Notes: a model not told the origin generated them from the sequence alone. A stretch of 60,740 nucleotides of DNA, filler included, from Sphacelaria rigidula (GCA_964200075.2; 8 parts of 8 records of this genome joined end to end with filler, not necessarily neighbours in it), one strand, 5' to 3'. Positions 37,863 through 51,782 are shown, counted from the whole stretch's first letter. Translations and numbers: made by a program.

Positions 37863-39589
37863 AACAGCCAATCATCTATGTTGAGGATGGTGCTTTTGAT
37901 TGAGGATGAGAACCCGGAGGATTAAAANNNNNNNNNNNNNNNNNNNNNNNNNNNNNNNNNNNNNNNNNNNNTTAATTAATTAANNNNNNNNNNNNNNNNN
38001 NNNNNNNNNNNNNNNNNNNNNNNNNNNCCGGTTATTGGTGGGGGCGGGGGTTTACGTTTTGGCGTGTTAGGGAAGCCTGGTGCTTACTGCCCCCCCCCCC
38101 CCCCCCCTTCCATTTCAGGAGCTACTGCGTGCGTCGCCTCGCATTAACGGTCCCGCAACACACCCCACGCCGCCGAGGCTTCATTCGTCGTGTCGAACGG
38201 AGTTAAGGAAGGCGTAACGTGAAGGCCTCATGGAGTGACGAGACGCTGAAGGCTTTTGTCTGTCAGGCAGAAATCTCATGGCTCACTCTTCCTGACAGTC
38301 GTGCACGAAAAAGGGTGCCGACGTGTCAGGCGTCGCGTTATATTTCTGTCATCATCCAGGTATAAAACTTCTCCCCCCACGATTTGCTTATCAACGTGTG
38401 TTCACGGGTACCGTGTTTGCCCTTGAGTGAAACAAGCATGTGCAAGATATGAGAGAAACAAGGGTTTAGGTTGGACAGATTTTCCGCAGCTGTACGGATT
38501 TGAGTACAGGGCGATATCTCGAACGTCGGCATCTCCCGACTTTGTGCCGAAAACAAGTTATACCGGTATGTTTCATTCCCATCAACGTGTGCCGCCAGCA
38601 CGCCATGCAAATCTTCGAAGGGTAAACAACTTGTGATCACGCCAGAATTCCCAGGAAATCAGCTGATGTACGACAATCAAACAACTCATCGATCAACACT
38701 CTCCGGCCATAAGTAAATACATGAAAGACTCGCTGACTGACTTGCATCGACTTGAGTTGAGAAAAAAAGAAGAGCTACGAGCCACAGCCACTTGTTCTCG
38801 TGAAGACGATCGTAATAACATGCAGGCTGTATTCACGAGGTAGTTCGGTTCGCCAGACAGATAGAAGCCTCTCATGAGCTGGCTCAACGGTATCTGCGGA
38901 GTCCGGTGCTACCGTATGTTTGCAGGTCGTCATCTGGGCAAGGAAGGTCTAGTCGTCACGGACGGTCAAGCAAGAAGCCAACCGAACGATGATTCATCAA
39001 TGCCCCGTCCCTCTTGTTCGGCTTTGCACAATTTGACGGGTGAAGCCGTGCAAACGTTACTCTAACCGTCAAAAGCGCCAATAGGGAGTATTTTAAAAAC
39101 ATCTCAAGTACAAATCCACTATTTTGATGCACCTCTGGTGTACCGTTGCTCGGGACAAACGTACAACGGTCAGAGGCACGAGTACAGCACGTTCGAAGGC
39201 AAAGGTGAGGGAACCTAGCATTCGAGCAAGAGCTACTGTTTTCCTCGGATGTGCGCCACAATTACAAGTATCGAGTGTCCGCCAGCGTCATTCCTTCGTC
39301 GCCACAGCACAACCACCAACAGGACTGCTTCCTTACTAAAGGAGTATTCCGTCAGGCAGAAATCTCATGAACCCACTTACCCCGATCGGCATTAAAAAAG
39401 GGTGTCGACTCGAGGGGTCGCGATCATTTTCTGTCATCATCCAGAGCACTTATATCTCGTCAGCTCCGAGGGGTATTTCCAGCAGCACAGACAAACTTCC
39501 ATTGAAGCAGACATACTGATTCGTCTACAAAAACGCAACAACAGTTGTACCGCATAGCAAAAACCCTAGCCACTACAGCCGAACCGTAC

Positions 39590-40069
39590 CTCCCCTCGAT
39601 GTCCGACCACGGTCTGCACGCAGCTCTGCGTGTCCAAATCCCAGATCTTCACCAACGTGTCCTTGCTGCACGAAGCCAACCCATTCGGTAGCTGCCCCTG
39701 CCCCCCTGGGCCCCCGCCCTTCCCACCGACAGATAAAAACGCAACGTCGGTAACCCCATCCCTATGCCCCTTGAGTCTGTACAGACCGGAATCTGCGACG
39801 GTATCCCAAATGACGATCTCCGTGTCCGCCGATCCACTGGCCAGCAGGGCGCCGGAGGGATGATATCGACCTGCGGTGATGGCCGAGCGATGTCCGTGCA
39901 GGCTGACGGTTGTGGCGCCCGTCTGGAGGTCAAACACCAAGAGTAAACCCGCCGAATAGCCCGCTGCGACGCGCTTGCCGTCCGGCGAAAGCAGCAAATG
40001 CGTGACTTGCCCCTTGCTGGCCGGGTCTGCGCTGCCATGCCCGCCTGTTTCTGGACTTAGTAGTCGCAC
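39590..40069 (-). CDS. WDR3: WDR3/UTP12/DIP2 (SSU processome WD40 protein), exon 2
   Basis: WD repeats HGHRSAIT...LASGSADTEIVIWD, GLYRLKGHRDGVT and SCSKDTLVKIWDLDTQSCVQTVVGHRGE. CAG/GT boundaries, 160 codons. Confidence 0.93.
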
Positions 40070-43000
40070 CTGCCAGTGGGCGGTGGGTGGAAAGGTGAGG
40101 TGATTCGCGCTTCGGGACCAAGAACGGTGAGCTGTGAGAAGGATGTGTCTCGGGGGGGGGGGAGGGGGGCGTACTTATTTGTTGCCCGCCATAGTCGTTC
40201 GACCGTCGACCACGCATCCCTTCGAGACGGAGTAGGGCAGGGGGGTGAGGCAGGGGTTGATCTTTCTTGCCTCCATCTACCTGTGACGACATCAAATATT
40301 GCAGAGGTCTTGCTGCCGACACGACATGGACGAGGCGGGAGTAGGACAGGGAAATATACTCGGGCCTCATCATCGTGTTGAACCGCACTGCACCTCGGGT
40401 GCATATTACATGAATACGACAGGAGAAATCTCCCCACTTATAGAGATGGCTGTCATGATAAGGAGTATTGGCAAATACCCTGGTCTACCGCATCCATGAC
40501 GAAATCAAACGATTATCAACTATACCTAGCAGAAATAGCCAAAGCTCAGGGAAGAGCGAACGAATGGTACCAGTGTAGCCGCTTAGAACGTGGGGGACAC
40601 GAGGTACCCACTTCGATTTTTCAGCACCTGAAATGAGCTCAAAACTATCGAGGGTCAGTGTGGCCTTTTTTCGGTCGCTGGTCAGTGTGCCTATCCAACT
40701 GCTAGTTTTTATGGGTAAACGCACGTACACATATTTACACAGGCGTCGATTGTTGAGCAATCAACGATGAACCCGCATCGACCAAGATCGGCCCTGCTTG
40801 GATGGACTCATCCCAAGTGAGAGCGCCTACCGAGGATGCTACCCCCCGATACGGTTTTGGGACGAGTTCGGATCAGGATAGAAGGGGATGCATTGAGGAT
40901 ATGCAGCGAAAACACACATACTTGCGCACATACACACGTTGCCTACGATGGTGCGTTGAGGGTGTCCTGTTACAAAAATCAAAACGGAAAACGAGCCAGA
41001 TTTGGCGGGTTTACCTTTAGCAGCAGTGGTGAACACGATACATAGTTGTACGATATTTTGGTCAGAAGCGACCAACAGGCGATAAACCAGTCCATCCCGA
41101 GAGTTCAAACCTTAAACTACCCCCGAAAAGTGCTCGATGGCACTCACGATAGGTCTTACTCAACCACGTGTGTGCTCTTGTTTCTTCCAAGCCGCGCAGC
41201 AAACATGGTGCCAAAATTGGCACTCTAGGCCGAAAAGATTACACAGACGTTATAAACATGCCGTTGATATTCGTCCACTACGGAACCAAAGACACTCGAT
41301 CGAGGCACCTTGTATAGGAGTGGAGTCAGGCTACCTGTGACCGTACGACCCTTCTATTCGAGAGTGTCTGTGCGCTATCCTTCACGACCCTGAATGCTAC
41401 GAACAAATTCGCATCTTGGTTGCATCGCGCAACCTTCCGACGCACCCATTAACAGCCACGCAAGCTCTTACGCCACGTTCCGGGAGGACACGTGCAAAAG
41501 TTGAGGTGCAACACAGTATTTGCGCGATTCACCGCCGGGTGGAAGCGGTCGCAAGTCTGAAAAACACGCCTTGGGCAAAATAGTGGTCATTGGAAGCCGC
41601 AAACAACCAGCCATATGTTGTTGAGAAACAGCACCTCAAGATCAGCACTATTCCATTGCCGGTACCAAAAGGATTAAAACAAAGATTGGCACCACCTGTC
41701 CATTTTCTACATACTGAGTCCCGTGCTGCAATGAGGCACATTTTTATTCGGGTCTGAAAAACACGCCTGGGACTGATAGTTTTGAGTGGAAGCTGTAAAA
41801 AGTAAAAAGTTAACAATATGTCGTCGAAAAAACAGCACCTCGAAATCCACACTCTTCCATCGTCGGTGTCAAAGGGGTCATAGAGGCACCATCTTGACTT
41901 GATCGAAAGTTGTTAGCATGCATTGCAATACTTGTGTGTGTTAAGTGACAGCATGTGTTACGCAGTGTGAGTTGAGTTCTGGGCGATCACGTTTCGGATT
42001 CCAGACTGGAAAATGAAAATTGCGTTTGTACAAATCATGTATCTCTGCTATCCCAGCTGTCAGGAAATAGTCTTGGTTCGTTTGTGCGCTGTGATGAGAG
42101 ATTCCAGCTGGTGTTCTTGGAGGAGGCAGCCATGGGCATTCTCCAACTTGAAGGCGAACATGACCATGGCCTTTTGCTTCGTCGAGTCTACAAACTTCTC
42201 GGTGCGTTGTTTTTTGGGGGGTGGTGAATAGCGGGACACTATATCGGGCACAACACTGGAAGGCATGTTTTTGTTTCAACTAGCCCGCAAAAATCTGGGT
42301 GGGTAGCATTAGGTGTTATTCACCATCTGTGCTCAGCCCGATTTTCAAACCGGGCCTCTCAGGTCGTTCGTGTGGAAAAAACATCTGGGTCAAAAACTAT
42401 GTCTATTATGGTGACCACTTGACTTCGTCATCTGGGTCACTGGCTCATGCACGTTCCTCTGTGTTGGATCCCACACGAGACTGCAACGGGGGTCACTGCG
42501 ACCATCAAGTTTCTCCTCGACGGAACAGTAATGCGGACAATGTTCAAAGGACGTATGCGTATGCTTCACGCTACACTGCACCCATAGTAGGGTTTGATAC
42601 GGAACAGGCAAAAGGCCAGGGCATTCGCCGACGGTTGCTCGCGGAGGTGGACTACTTCCGGGTACGTGCTTGTGGCGTGCCTGCGGTCTCGTCGACTGTA
42701 CAGGCTGTATAGCTTAGTAGTAAAGTATCATTTTTGTTGTTGACATGGAAACACTTGCAACACCATGACCTAATCACCGAAAGGCATCATCGCGCGCGAA
42801 AACGAGTCCAAGCGCACGCTTCAGTACTGCACAGCGCAATCTCAGCCTCTGCTGCTATCCCTTTGTCACTTGTTGGTTGGTCGACACATGAAACACATCT
42901 ATAGCTTGATTAATACGACGCCACCAATGGCCACGCGGAGCCCGACGTCGTGATCGATGTTGACGATCAACGACGGACAAGACGAGCGAGGTCTTCTATT

Positions 43001-43151
43001 CCCCCTCGTACAGATTTTATACAATCGCGCACGAATGCCACCAACTTTTTCAGCTGAAAGCAACAATGAAGAAGCACTGCTTTTTCACTGCGCCATGCGT
43101 AGACAAGCTCACTGCTCCTATCTGTAGTATCAAGAAAGCTCTCTGTCTCAC

Positions 43152-43304
43152 CAAGGAGCACTGGCGTAGGTTCCACACAGCCACGTCGTGCAGGGCTGCA
43201 GAGATAGCCAGGTTGCCTGTTTTGTCATAGATGGCATTGCTCTGAGGTGAAGCCACCAAACCAAACGTGTGGCTCAGCTCATAGCGCAAATAAGTTTTAT
43301 TCAT
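43152..43304 (-). CDS. WDR3: WDR3/UTP12, exon 1
   Basis: MNKTYLRYELSHTFGLVASPQSNA...AALHDVAVWNLRQ matches the WDR3 N-terminus (K.YLRY....FG..AS). GTGAGA donor, phase 0. Confidence 0.92.
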
Positions 43305-45183
43305 TCCGTCGGCGAACCTCACACGAGAGGAGATTGTGGCAGTCAGGAGGACTCTCGCTGGCTGGATCACACTTGTTGTTTTTCGAAGAAACATTCGCTT
43401 TTTCAGACCCATTATCAAATGTTGGTCAATCTCACGACAACGAAGATGTGGGGGTTTTGTAGTAAGTACCTGCACGCCACGATCATAATAAAACACACTG
43501 GCTAGCGGAACACGATGCGTCCGCTTATTCATCTACGTCCGCTTATTCATATGCACTTACATATTGAAGTGGAGACTACAAGAAAATAGTTACACCTTAT
43601 CCATAAATCCAATCTAGGAGCATGCCAGACTTGTGGCAGAAGAAAAGATTCTACCCATGAATAAAAACTCACTGCATACGCGAAGAGATTCGATAATAAC
43701 ACGCAGAGATACAGCGAGCCGCACGGTGGTGCGCACAAAACGGACACATGGCTGTTTCAGAGAGGCTGTGTGATTGATTCTGGGTTAAGGTTGACACTCC
43801 ATGGCAGCTTTGGTTTAACTTGATTCTTAGTTGCAAGCTAGCTAAGGAAAATCGGGGGTTAGTGTGCATACAGAGTTGGACCTGCGGCCTGCTGAACAGA
43901 ACGCGGGACACTGCACGGTATTGCGGAGGCACGGTGTGTAGCACAGCAACAGAAGGCAAAGCACAACACACTGTGTCGGTAGCAGCAGCACTTTTTTTGT
44001 GTGCCGTACCGTTGCGGGCGGAGCACGTGAGGCGCAATGGACACAGGCACGGCACCGAGAGGGTCGGTAGAGTTCAAGGTGAGATCAAAGATATGATAAT
44101 GACCCGCTCAATCTTTGAGCTTGGGATATTGAAAAATGGACATGCTACAACAGTATCTGAAAGAAACGATACTGGACGTCGCGATGTATGGTACTCGTAC
44201 CATGAATAGTACGTGTATCCTAGATGCCTCGAGCCTCGAGACACTACAGTACTAGCACTGTCGCGGCGTGAAGACACAACATAGTTCCACCGGAATAAAA
44301 ACCTTCAACTCCTTCACCACAATCCCTTCCAAAAATATCAGGGGAAACCTCCACTTTGAACCAGGATGTGAGGGCAGAGGAACAGGGTGCCTCGACCCGA
44401 TCTGGGCTGCGATGTACAGCTCTATCCCGAAACGAACGAAACACTCCAATATTGATTGCCATACCGGTTCAGTTTCCGACTTCCAATTTCCCATTCTCAC
44501 TTGCAGACAACGGTACAGCGAGTGAGTAAGTGAGTGACGGTCAGTTTCCTCTTACTTTCGGAAATCTCTCGGCTGCCAAGCAAAATAACTCATACCTAGA
44601 TCGTATGCTGAACTAGCACATGACGCGACCCAACATCTCTTTTTTCGCGTTCCATTTTCAAATCTACCCCGCATCTCGACCATGTCCACCCTCAACTTTT
44701 GAACTCCCTCCCCCCCCCCCCCCCCCCCCCCTTTCCTCTTCCCCCTCTCCCCCTTACCCTCCCCCCCCCCCCTCCCTCTCCCNNNNNNNNNNGGGACCCA
44801 AAGTCTCTTTTTTCGCGTTCATTTTTCAAGACTCCCCCGCTACTCCCCCAGCTCCACCCCCCCCTTTTTGACTCCCCCCCCCCCCCCCCCCCATTTTTGC
44901 GCCAATTCAGCGTCCGAATGTTCACCTGGACTGGTACTCCCATGTCCCGATTGATGATACAAATACAAGGACCGCATCTGAAGGAAATATTCGCTCGGAG
45001 TCAAGTGTTTCACTCGAAATATTCTCTCACTTGCCAATTCTCTATTGCTGTAGCGTTGTGTTGTCTCATCCTGTCCTTTCCTTACCCGGTCTTCTCTATC
45101 GAAGGCGTAATTTAGTGTTTGGTGTCTCGCTCCTGCAGAGCTGGCGGGTGACAGTTCCTGCGTAAGTAGTGCGGTCCCAGATA

Positions 45184-45437
45184 CAGGCTGGTTCAGGCTT
45201 ATCACCCAAATAACACTCATCGGCGAAACCTCACGCCATTTTAAGGAGTTGGACCCTGAAAATTTGCACAGATGTTCTATGGGGCATTACGCAACTTTCG
45301 CAGGTCGCGGTTTTTCGACTTTTCGATATTTTTCATCGTTTTTCGGGGGTCCCAGTTTTCTCCTGGAAACATCGATCCAATCGGACCCCCGTAAAACGGT
45401 GAAGAAAAAAAAACTACAACAACCTCGTTCATCAACC
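45184..45437. mobile_element. Terminus of the Tc1/mariner-like element, second copy
   Basis: TA|CAGGCTGGTTCAGGCTTATCACCCA; reverse-complement match to 16155-16379. Confidence 0.75.
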
Positions 45438-47450
45438 ACGAGTACTGCAGCATCATCACGTTGCGGCCGCGGCACAACTGACTGTAACCGTAAATGCGAT
45501 TTCAGCGGTTTTCCCCCCCTGTTTCCGCCCCANNNNNNNNNNNNNNNNNNNNNNNNNNNNNNNNNNNNNNNNNNNNTTAATTAATTAANNNNNNNNNNNN
45601 NNNNNNNNNNNNNNNNNNNNNNNNNNNNNNNNGCATTGTAGGGATGCAAGGTCAATGGTCTGATGACTATGGCATGCATGATCATGAGTACACCCAAACG
45701 TACGTCCAACTTGCGTGCCACGTGAACAAAAGCATTCCGTGTCACAGTAATATTTGGACAGACGGGGACTGATATGTACAAAAAACATTGCACGCACGTC
45801 AGCTTTTTTCACTCGCACTACAGCTCGTGGACGAGGGCGAAATGCCCATCACCTATGGAAAATATGACCATTCGCCGACCGCGGGTGCGACAAAATGGCA
45901 ACGATTTTTGGGCAAATTACCTGATTGAAAATGAAGAATTTCATAGTGTCACTAAATGCACGAGCTTGGACGCACACTGCCCCCCGCGACATGGACTATT
46001 GCCGTGTACAGTAACTTGACCATGTACGCGTTCAAGTGAAAGATGATTTATCTTTGATTCCTTCTGTTCACCGAAGCCAGAGTTAGTAACATCTTTCGGT
46101 TTTGAGCAATCAGCGCTTTTGCGGTGACTGGTTCGGCGACATGTTAACCACCAGCTTGGACACTGTGATGGGTAGAATTGGATGATTCTTTTTACGTATG
46201 GGTGATTTTCTTTTCTTGTGACATGTCGGCTTCGCCGCTTCATGTACGATGGGATTCCGGACTTCACCAGTATGTAGCATATTACCTTGTACGATATCAA
46301 GATGGACGTTAAGTGGCATCAAGATGCATACGTCTTAGATACTGCTCTCAACCCCTATGCCACGGCGGCGTCTGCGACAGAAGAAATTGGCAACTGAGCA
46401 CCAAACATTACGAATCAAGGGGTATTCTGAAATACACCCTTCGTGAGACTATTGTTGACTGATGAGATTCCACGCTATATTGTCCTGTGTACACTGAAAC
46501 GTACGGTACGGTAATGCACTGAACTACACCTGAGCAATGTGATACTGCTTGTAGGATAAAGTCATGCCGTGAACTGAACCGATGCAATAGCATGGGGAGG
46601 GGGAGGATACCGACCGACCTTTTGAGATCACGGACTCTTCACGGGGAACGGGAGGTGCAAAAAAAGACCACCGTACTCTAGATAGACTACACACCATCCA
46701 CATCCTCGTCACAATTACTGATCATAACAGACCACACTGGTTACGCAACGCGAACATCAACCCCTGGAGGGCCCAGGCCTCGAGTTGGCCGCCGGTTAGC
46801 CTGGATTTCATGAGGGAAACGCCTTTTTACGAACAAGGTGTTGCCACGCGTATGCCGCCGGTCATGGCTGTTCGTGCACGAGCCACGGCCGGCGGCGCTT
46901 TGCCATCTCTGGACGTTTCTTCAAAAAGGGTTCGGAATAGTTGTTTCGCGAAAGAGACAGCGCCTACACGGAAGAGGTCTTGACCACGCCCATGCCGAAA
47001 ATCAGGAATGTTCAGGGAAAAGCCGCGGCCAGAGGCATTTCCACCTCAGGACGAGAGAGAAAAACAGTCCTGGTTGCCCCGACAGTGCAGCGTTGTTTTT
47101 GTTCAACTATACGGGGATGCGTTTCACAAAAGGTATTATTTGTAACCCGCGGCGTCCATTGGAGATGGTCATGCTCCAGGGCGGAAGATATGCTGGGACT
47201 CAAGGGGCAGACGTCCTCGGGAGAGACGAGTTCACCCCAGCAAGGCAACGTGACGCTATATACAACGAATCAGGCTCAGGCGCCTGGATGGCGAAGGGTG
47301 GATGTCACAGCGGAGGGAGGCAGCAATTATTGACACGAAATGTATCGCGGCCTAGTTATACACGATGAAGTTGACTGCGTGCTTCAAGCTCGCAGTACAA
47401 CGCGTACTGTAAAATCCTAAATATACGATGAGCACAACCCCTGACAAGGG

Positions 47451-47680
47451 GACACTTTCTACGATAGCCCCCCGCCCCCCTCCAAAACCAGCCCAAAAGT
47501 GTCACAAAAAAATGGTCAATACAGCGCCTGATGTTTGGGTTCAGGTTGGGTGAAGCGTCTCATATGGGCGACATTGACGAGAACGAACCCAAGCGTGGGA
47601 ATCCCCAGCTGCTCTTTGTGCTCGGCGTTTACCATTTCAAAGCAGGCACGTTTTGGTAGGGGGCTATCGTGAAAAGTGCC
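47451..47680 (+). mobile_element. MITE family A, copy 2, with TIRs and a possible 4-bp TSD (AGGG)
   Basis: AGGG|GACACTTTCTACGATAGCCCC ... GGGGCTATCGTGAAAAGTGCC|AGGG. Confidence 0.8.
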
Positions 47681-48382
47681 AGGGTTGAGATTCCCGTGGT
47701 CCATCAGTGAGAATTGCAAAGGGCAACCTGTACTCCGTCCCATTATGGAACCAAGTGAACTAGTAAAAAACTCCGCCGAATGTCGATCAAGAGCAAGTGG
47801 GAAAAAGCCACGGGGGAATCACGTTGACTCTGATAAAAGACTACAGCAACCGCCCTCGTCCTCGTCAGGCCGTCGTCGTTTCCGGCAACCTGAGTCTGAT
47901 GCTATATACAAGGATACGTTGCCCCCTGCCTGAACAGGTACACAGTGGTCCTTATCAGAAAACATTCTTGTCTTCGCATCGGCTGTGCGGCCGCGTCTTG
48001 CACGAGGCGGCATATTAACAAGCAAGGGAATCTCCCCCTATCATGTGACGAAGCCTGACTGGCGGCTACCGGGTTACTTCTACAGTTGACCGATAAGCGG
48101 CCGACGTAAACGACAAAGCTGACAAGATCTGCCGCTGACTCCGCACGGATTTCATACCGTTTCTCTCTAGAGTTGCCATTAGAAGGTGAAGAATGTTTTG
48201 GAACAGCTCAACATATCTCATAATTATCCTTTTGAGTAACGTAGCGCACAAAAAAAACGACTTGTGTCACCGAAATTGCTGCGTCAACACCTACATGCGG
48301 CTTTGAGCCGCACGTACGAGGAGCTTCAGCATCATCAGGATTCAGGTGCCCTGTGCTTGGGCGCTCAACCTTCAAAATGATC

Positions 48383-48900
48383 AAGATTGTGTTCTGTAGG
48401 GTACGCTTTTCCGTATACCCGGGGTATTTTCCCGGGTATTTACTGTACCCGACAGTTGTGTGGCTTCTGGAAGACTTTCATCCCCTTACCCGATAGTTCT
48501 GTGAGTTTTGTAAGCCTCCCGTACCGTTACCGGGGGGGAAGCTGGTATGCTGTTGAAAGTATACCCGGTTGCGGGTACGGCTTTCTGTGCAACCTCCATC
48601 ATACCCTACCCGACAGTTTTTGTGAGATCCGTAATCCTCACATACCCTCACCCGACTCTGTGAGTTCTGTGCAGAAGGTTTGCCCGTACCCGGAGCGTGG
48701 GTACTCTCTTGAGGAAATGCCCGATTGCCTGTACGGTTTTCTGTATGCCTCCCGTACCGTACCCGACAAGTTCTGTGAGTTCTGTAAGACTTTCGTCCAG
48801 TATCGGTACCTAACAGTTCTGTAAGCTCTGTAAGCCTTCCATACCCCTACCTGGGGTTAGGGGATACCGTTGTAGATGTACCCGATTGCAGGTACGAGCA
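48383..48900. repeat. MITE family C, copy 1, with internal tandem ACCCGACAAGTTCTGTGAGTTCTGTAAG-like units
   Basis: Begins AAGATTGTGTTCTGTAGGGTACG, like copy 2. Right TIR not seen. Confidence 0.7.
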
Positions 48901-49489
48901 CAGGTATTTACATCGGGAAGTATGGATATAGGTCCAATCCAAACACAACCTCATGATCTGAATATGTACTTCGCATCGATCAACCCAATCTACTCCTTCA
49001 TTGGACACTGCACACAAAAAAAAAACAATAATGGAAAGCTTTTTAATTTGGAATCTGACGGGTTACGAGGTACTGCCTAGTGGAAAAACGAAGCATGAGC
49101 AGCATTGGACACCGTCAGGATAGATCACCCGCAGACTCGAGCGGTGGCTCGAGCGAATACGTGTCATCTGCGCCACCGATGGTGGTTGTGTCGAGTTTAT
49201 CAAACCCTACGCCGTTATTAACATGCACAGTGGGAAGTCAAGGTCGTCGACAATTTTGAAACGCCGAAGCGCTTCCAGAAAGCGGGCGGCCGCGATTGCT
49301 CCTTCATGTACTCTCTAGGAGTGAACGTCAAGCCGATAGATGTTGACGATTCCGTGCACATGTACCACTGCTAGTGTTCGTGTAGTCTTCCTTTGTCAAC
49401 CCCGTGAAGCCGTTCAGAGTTTCGCGAGCTGTCATCTGTAGTTCGTCACTGTAATGACGTAGGTCCCATCACAGGGGTATGAGAAAACC

Positions 49490-49796
49490 AAGATTGTGTT
49501 TGTAAGGTACGTTCATCGGTACACCTGGGTATTTACGGTACCCGTCTGTAATCTCTGTAAGACTCATATCCTCGCCTGATAGTTATGTAAATTTTGTAAG
49601 CCTCCCGTACCATTACCCGGGAGGCACTGGTATGCTCTTGGCAATATACCCGGTTACGGGTACGATTTTCTGTGCAACCTCTTTACCCTACCCGACAGTA
49701 CCCGACAAGTTCTCAATTTCTGTAAGACTTTCATGCCGGTACTCGATATTTCTGTGAGTTCCGTAAGGAATCTAGTACCCTATGGAACACAATCTT
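49490..49796. mobile_element. MITE family C, copy 2, with both TIRs
   Basis: AAGATTGTGTTTGTAAGGTAC ... GTACCCTATGGAACACAATCTT. Confidence 0.75.
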
Positions 49797-51782
49797 CATT
49801 CTAATTATGGCCTTACTGAAAAGGAACACTGAGAGTTTTCATGCATATGATCAACAAACACAGCTGTTACGAAATAGCTGAACGGCGTGACGTGAGGAGG
49901 TAAGCAGCGTGTACAAGCTGTAAACGGTGCGGGCGGGTATGGCTGGGTGTGTTTTGAAGACGACTTTTCCTGACCCGACCCAGTGAATTGAGCAGAACGA
50001 CCGCCAAAGTATGACAGAAAAACGGGTAACGCGCATAAGACCGCGGCTGTGACATTGTCCATCACAGATTCCTGCTGCCCAAGTGGGAGGTTCTGAAGTT
50101 GGTGAAGGAAGGCGACCCTGGTCGATTAAAAGAGAAAAAAATGTTCCAAAGGTCCCGTCCTGTTGGCGGCCTACTTTGCCTACACTGTGGTCATCATCCC
50201 AAAAATTGGCGTGTTCTCACAGACCGGATTCTCGGAACAAAAGGTGATGGGCGCTCAAAGGGTGAGTCTTAGTCTCAGTACTGGACCAGCCAGGCGTCAA
50301 AGTTGTAGACTATTTTCTCCCTTTATTTTCATTACCTTCATTTACCGTCATCGAATTCCACGATATCGATACGCAACGCCAGTGAAAATACTCGTAGAAT
50401 CCTCATCCTCAGGGTCTTCTAGCCTGCAGTACAGTACAAATGGTATGTACGGCACCCGAGATGTGAGATTTGAGCCCCCTCGCGGCAGATGAGCTTCATC
50501 TTCGCTGTTGAAAGTCAAGTCCGGGGGGCAAATAATCCACCAAATCTCGCCATCCTACTGCACGTGTACCGCACTTCGTGCTCGGGACAATATTGGTACA
50601 CCACGAGTAAGCTCGACAGCTTCCTTCTTACGATGCACGGCAATTGTTTGAACGACGCAAGGACAGCGCACACCCCTCTCGGATGTGCTCCCATTTTCCG
50701 TTTTCGAGACGATTTCCGCGCTCGCTCTCGCTCTCCTCTTTCGCATTTTCGGTGCGCACCCAAAAGAAACACCCCGCACACGCGCAAATGAGATTGCAGG
50801 AAGTGACCCAGGCGTACACAAACACACAAACCCATATGCAGTGGTGAAAGAGCATGTAGAGTCTATGTAACCTACTCACCCGTCATCGGCCGCCTCCGAC
50901 AGCCCAGCAATCGACCATGTTCAAGTATAATGCGAAGATCCGAGGTGTCGACATGCGTTGTGGTATTTCATGTGTTGTACAGAAGGAGAATCAGGGACCG
51001 CGAACAAAGGAGTAGCCTGTCGTTTTGTACTCGTGTGCTTTACTGTAGTGTGCAGGTGTCATATGCTCAAAAAATATATGCGAAGGGACCGCAAGAGAGC
51101 AAAGATGCGCTCAAAACTAGGTAGGACTCAAGCGGTCATGTAGGCCGGCGCAATGCATGATCACATTCGCTGGTCACCTTAAAGCCACCAAACAGAAACG
51201 CACCCTGCGCTTCTCGGGTGATCTTGGCGCAAAAGCCTTGGCATCGAAAAACAATCAGTACAGAGAGTCGTTTGAACCCAACAAGCATCAATGTTTTTTG
51301 GTGCAGTACCTGTCAAAGCAATACAAGACTGAAACTCACCAAGAGAAGGCAAGGCAAGAGCCTCAGCAGCTAATCGAAGACAAAGCAGCACCCTTTGGTA
51401 TATCCTCTCCCTCGGTGCAATGCGGCCAACACTGTTTCCTATCTCTGTGTCTCAGAGAACGAGCGGCGGAGATTCAATGTTTCATGGTGTGCATATAAAA
51501 ATGTCGTAATCTACTGCAAAATTTGTTGCGTGCTCTTCCTCGGTTATACACTCAAGAATGTATAGGGTAGAGCCTTTATCGCTGTACTTGTAGATTATTT
51601 CTTCGCTTCTCGAATGAAATGATATGTGTTAAGTGTTGTCCACATGTCTATGATGCAAGGAGTTTTTGGTGTATCACTCTCACTTAGTGGGTCGCGGGTC
51701 TGGCTTCAAAAGCAAAAACAACAATGAAAAAATAGGCAATATCCCACTGGGTCATGCTCTCAAGCCGCACCGAACTGGAACG

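Noticed and set aside
41555..41895. About 145-bp diverged direct duplication in WDR3 intron 1 (a similar case lies at 21884-21960 and 22219-22290)
   Set aside because: Ordinary internal duplications within old repeats, with no further structure seen.
50451..50530. Minus-strand GGCTCAAATCTCACATCTCGGGTGCC resembling a tRNA-Sec 3' end
   Set aside because: I could not fold a cloverleaf: too short, weak T-arm, no proper D or anticodon arms. tRNAscan-SE would settle it.
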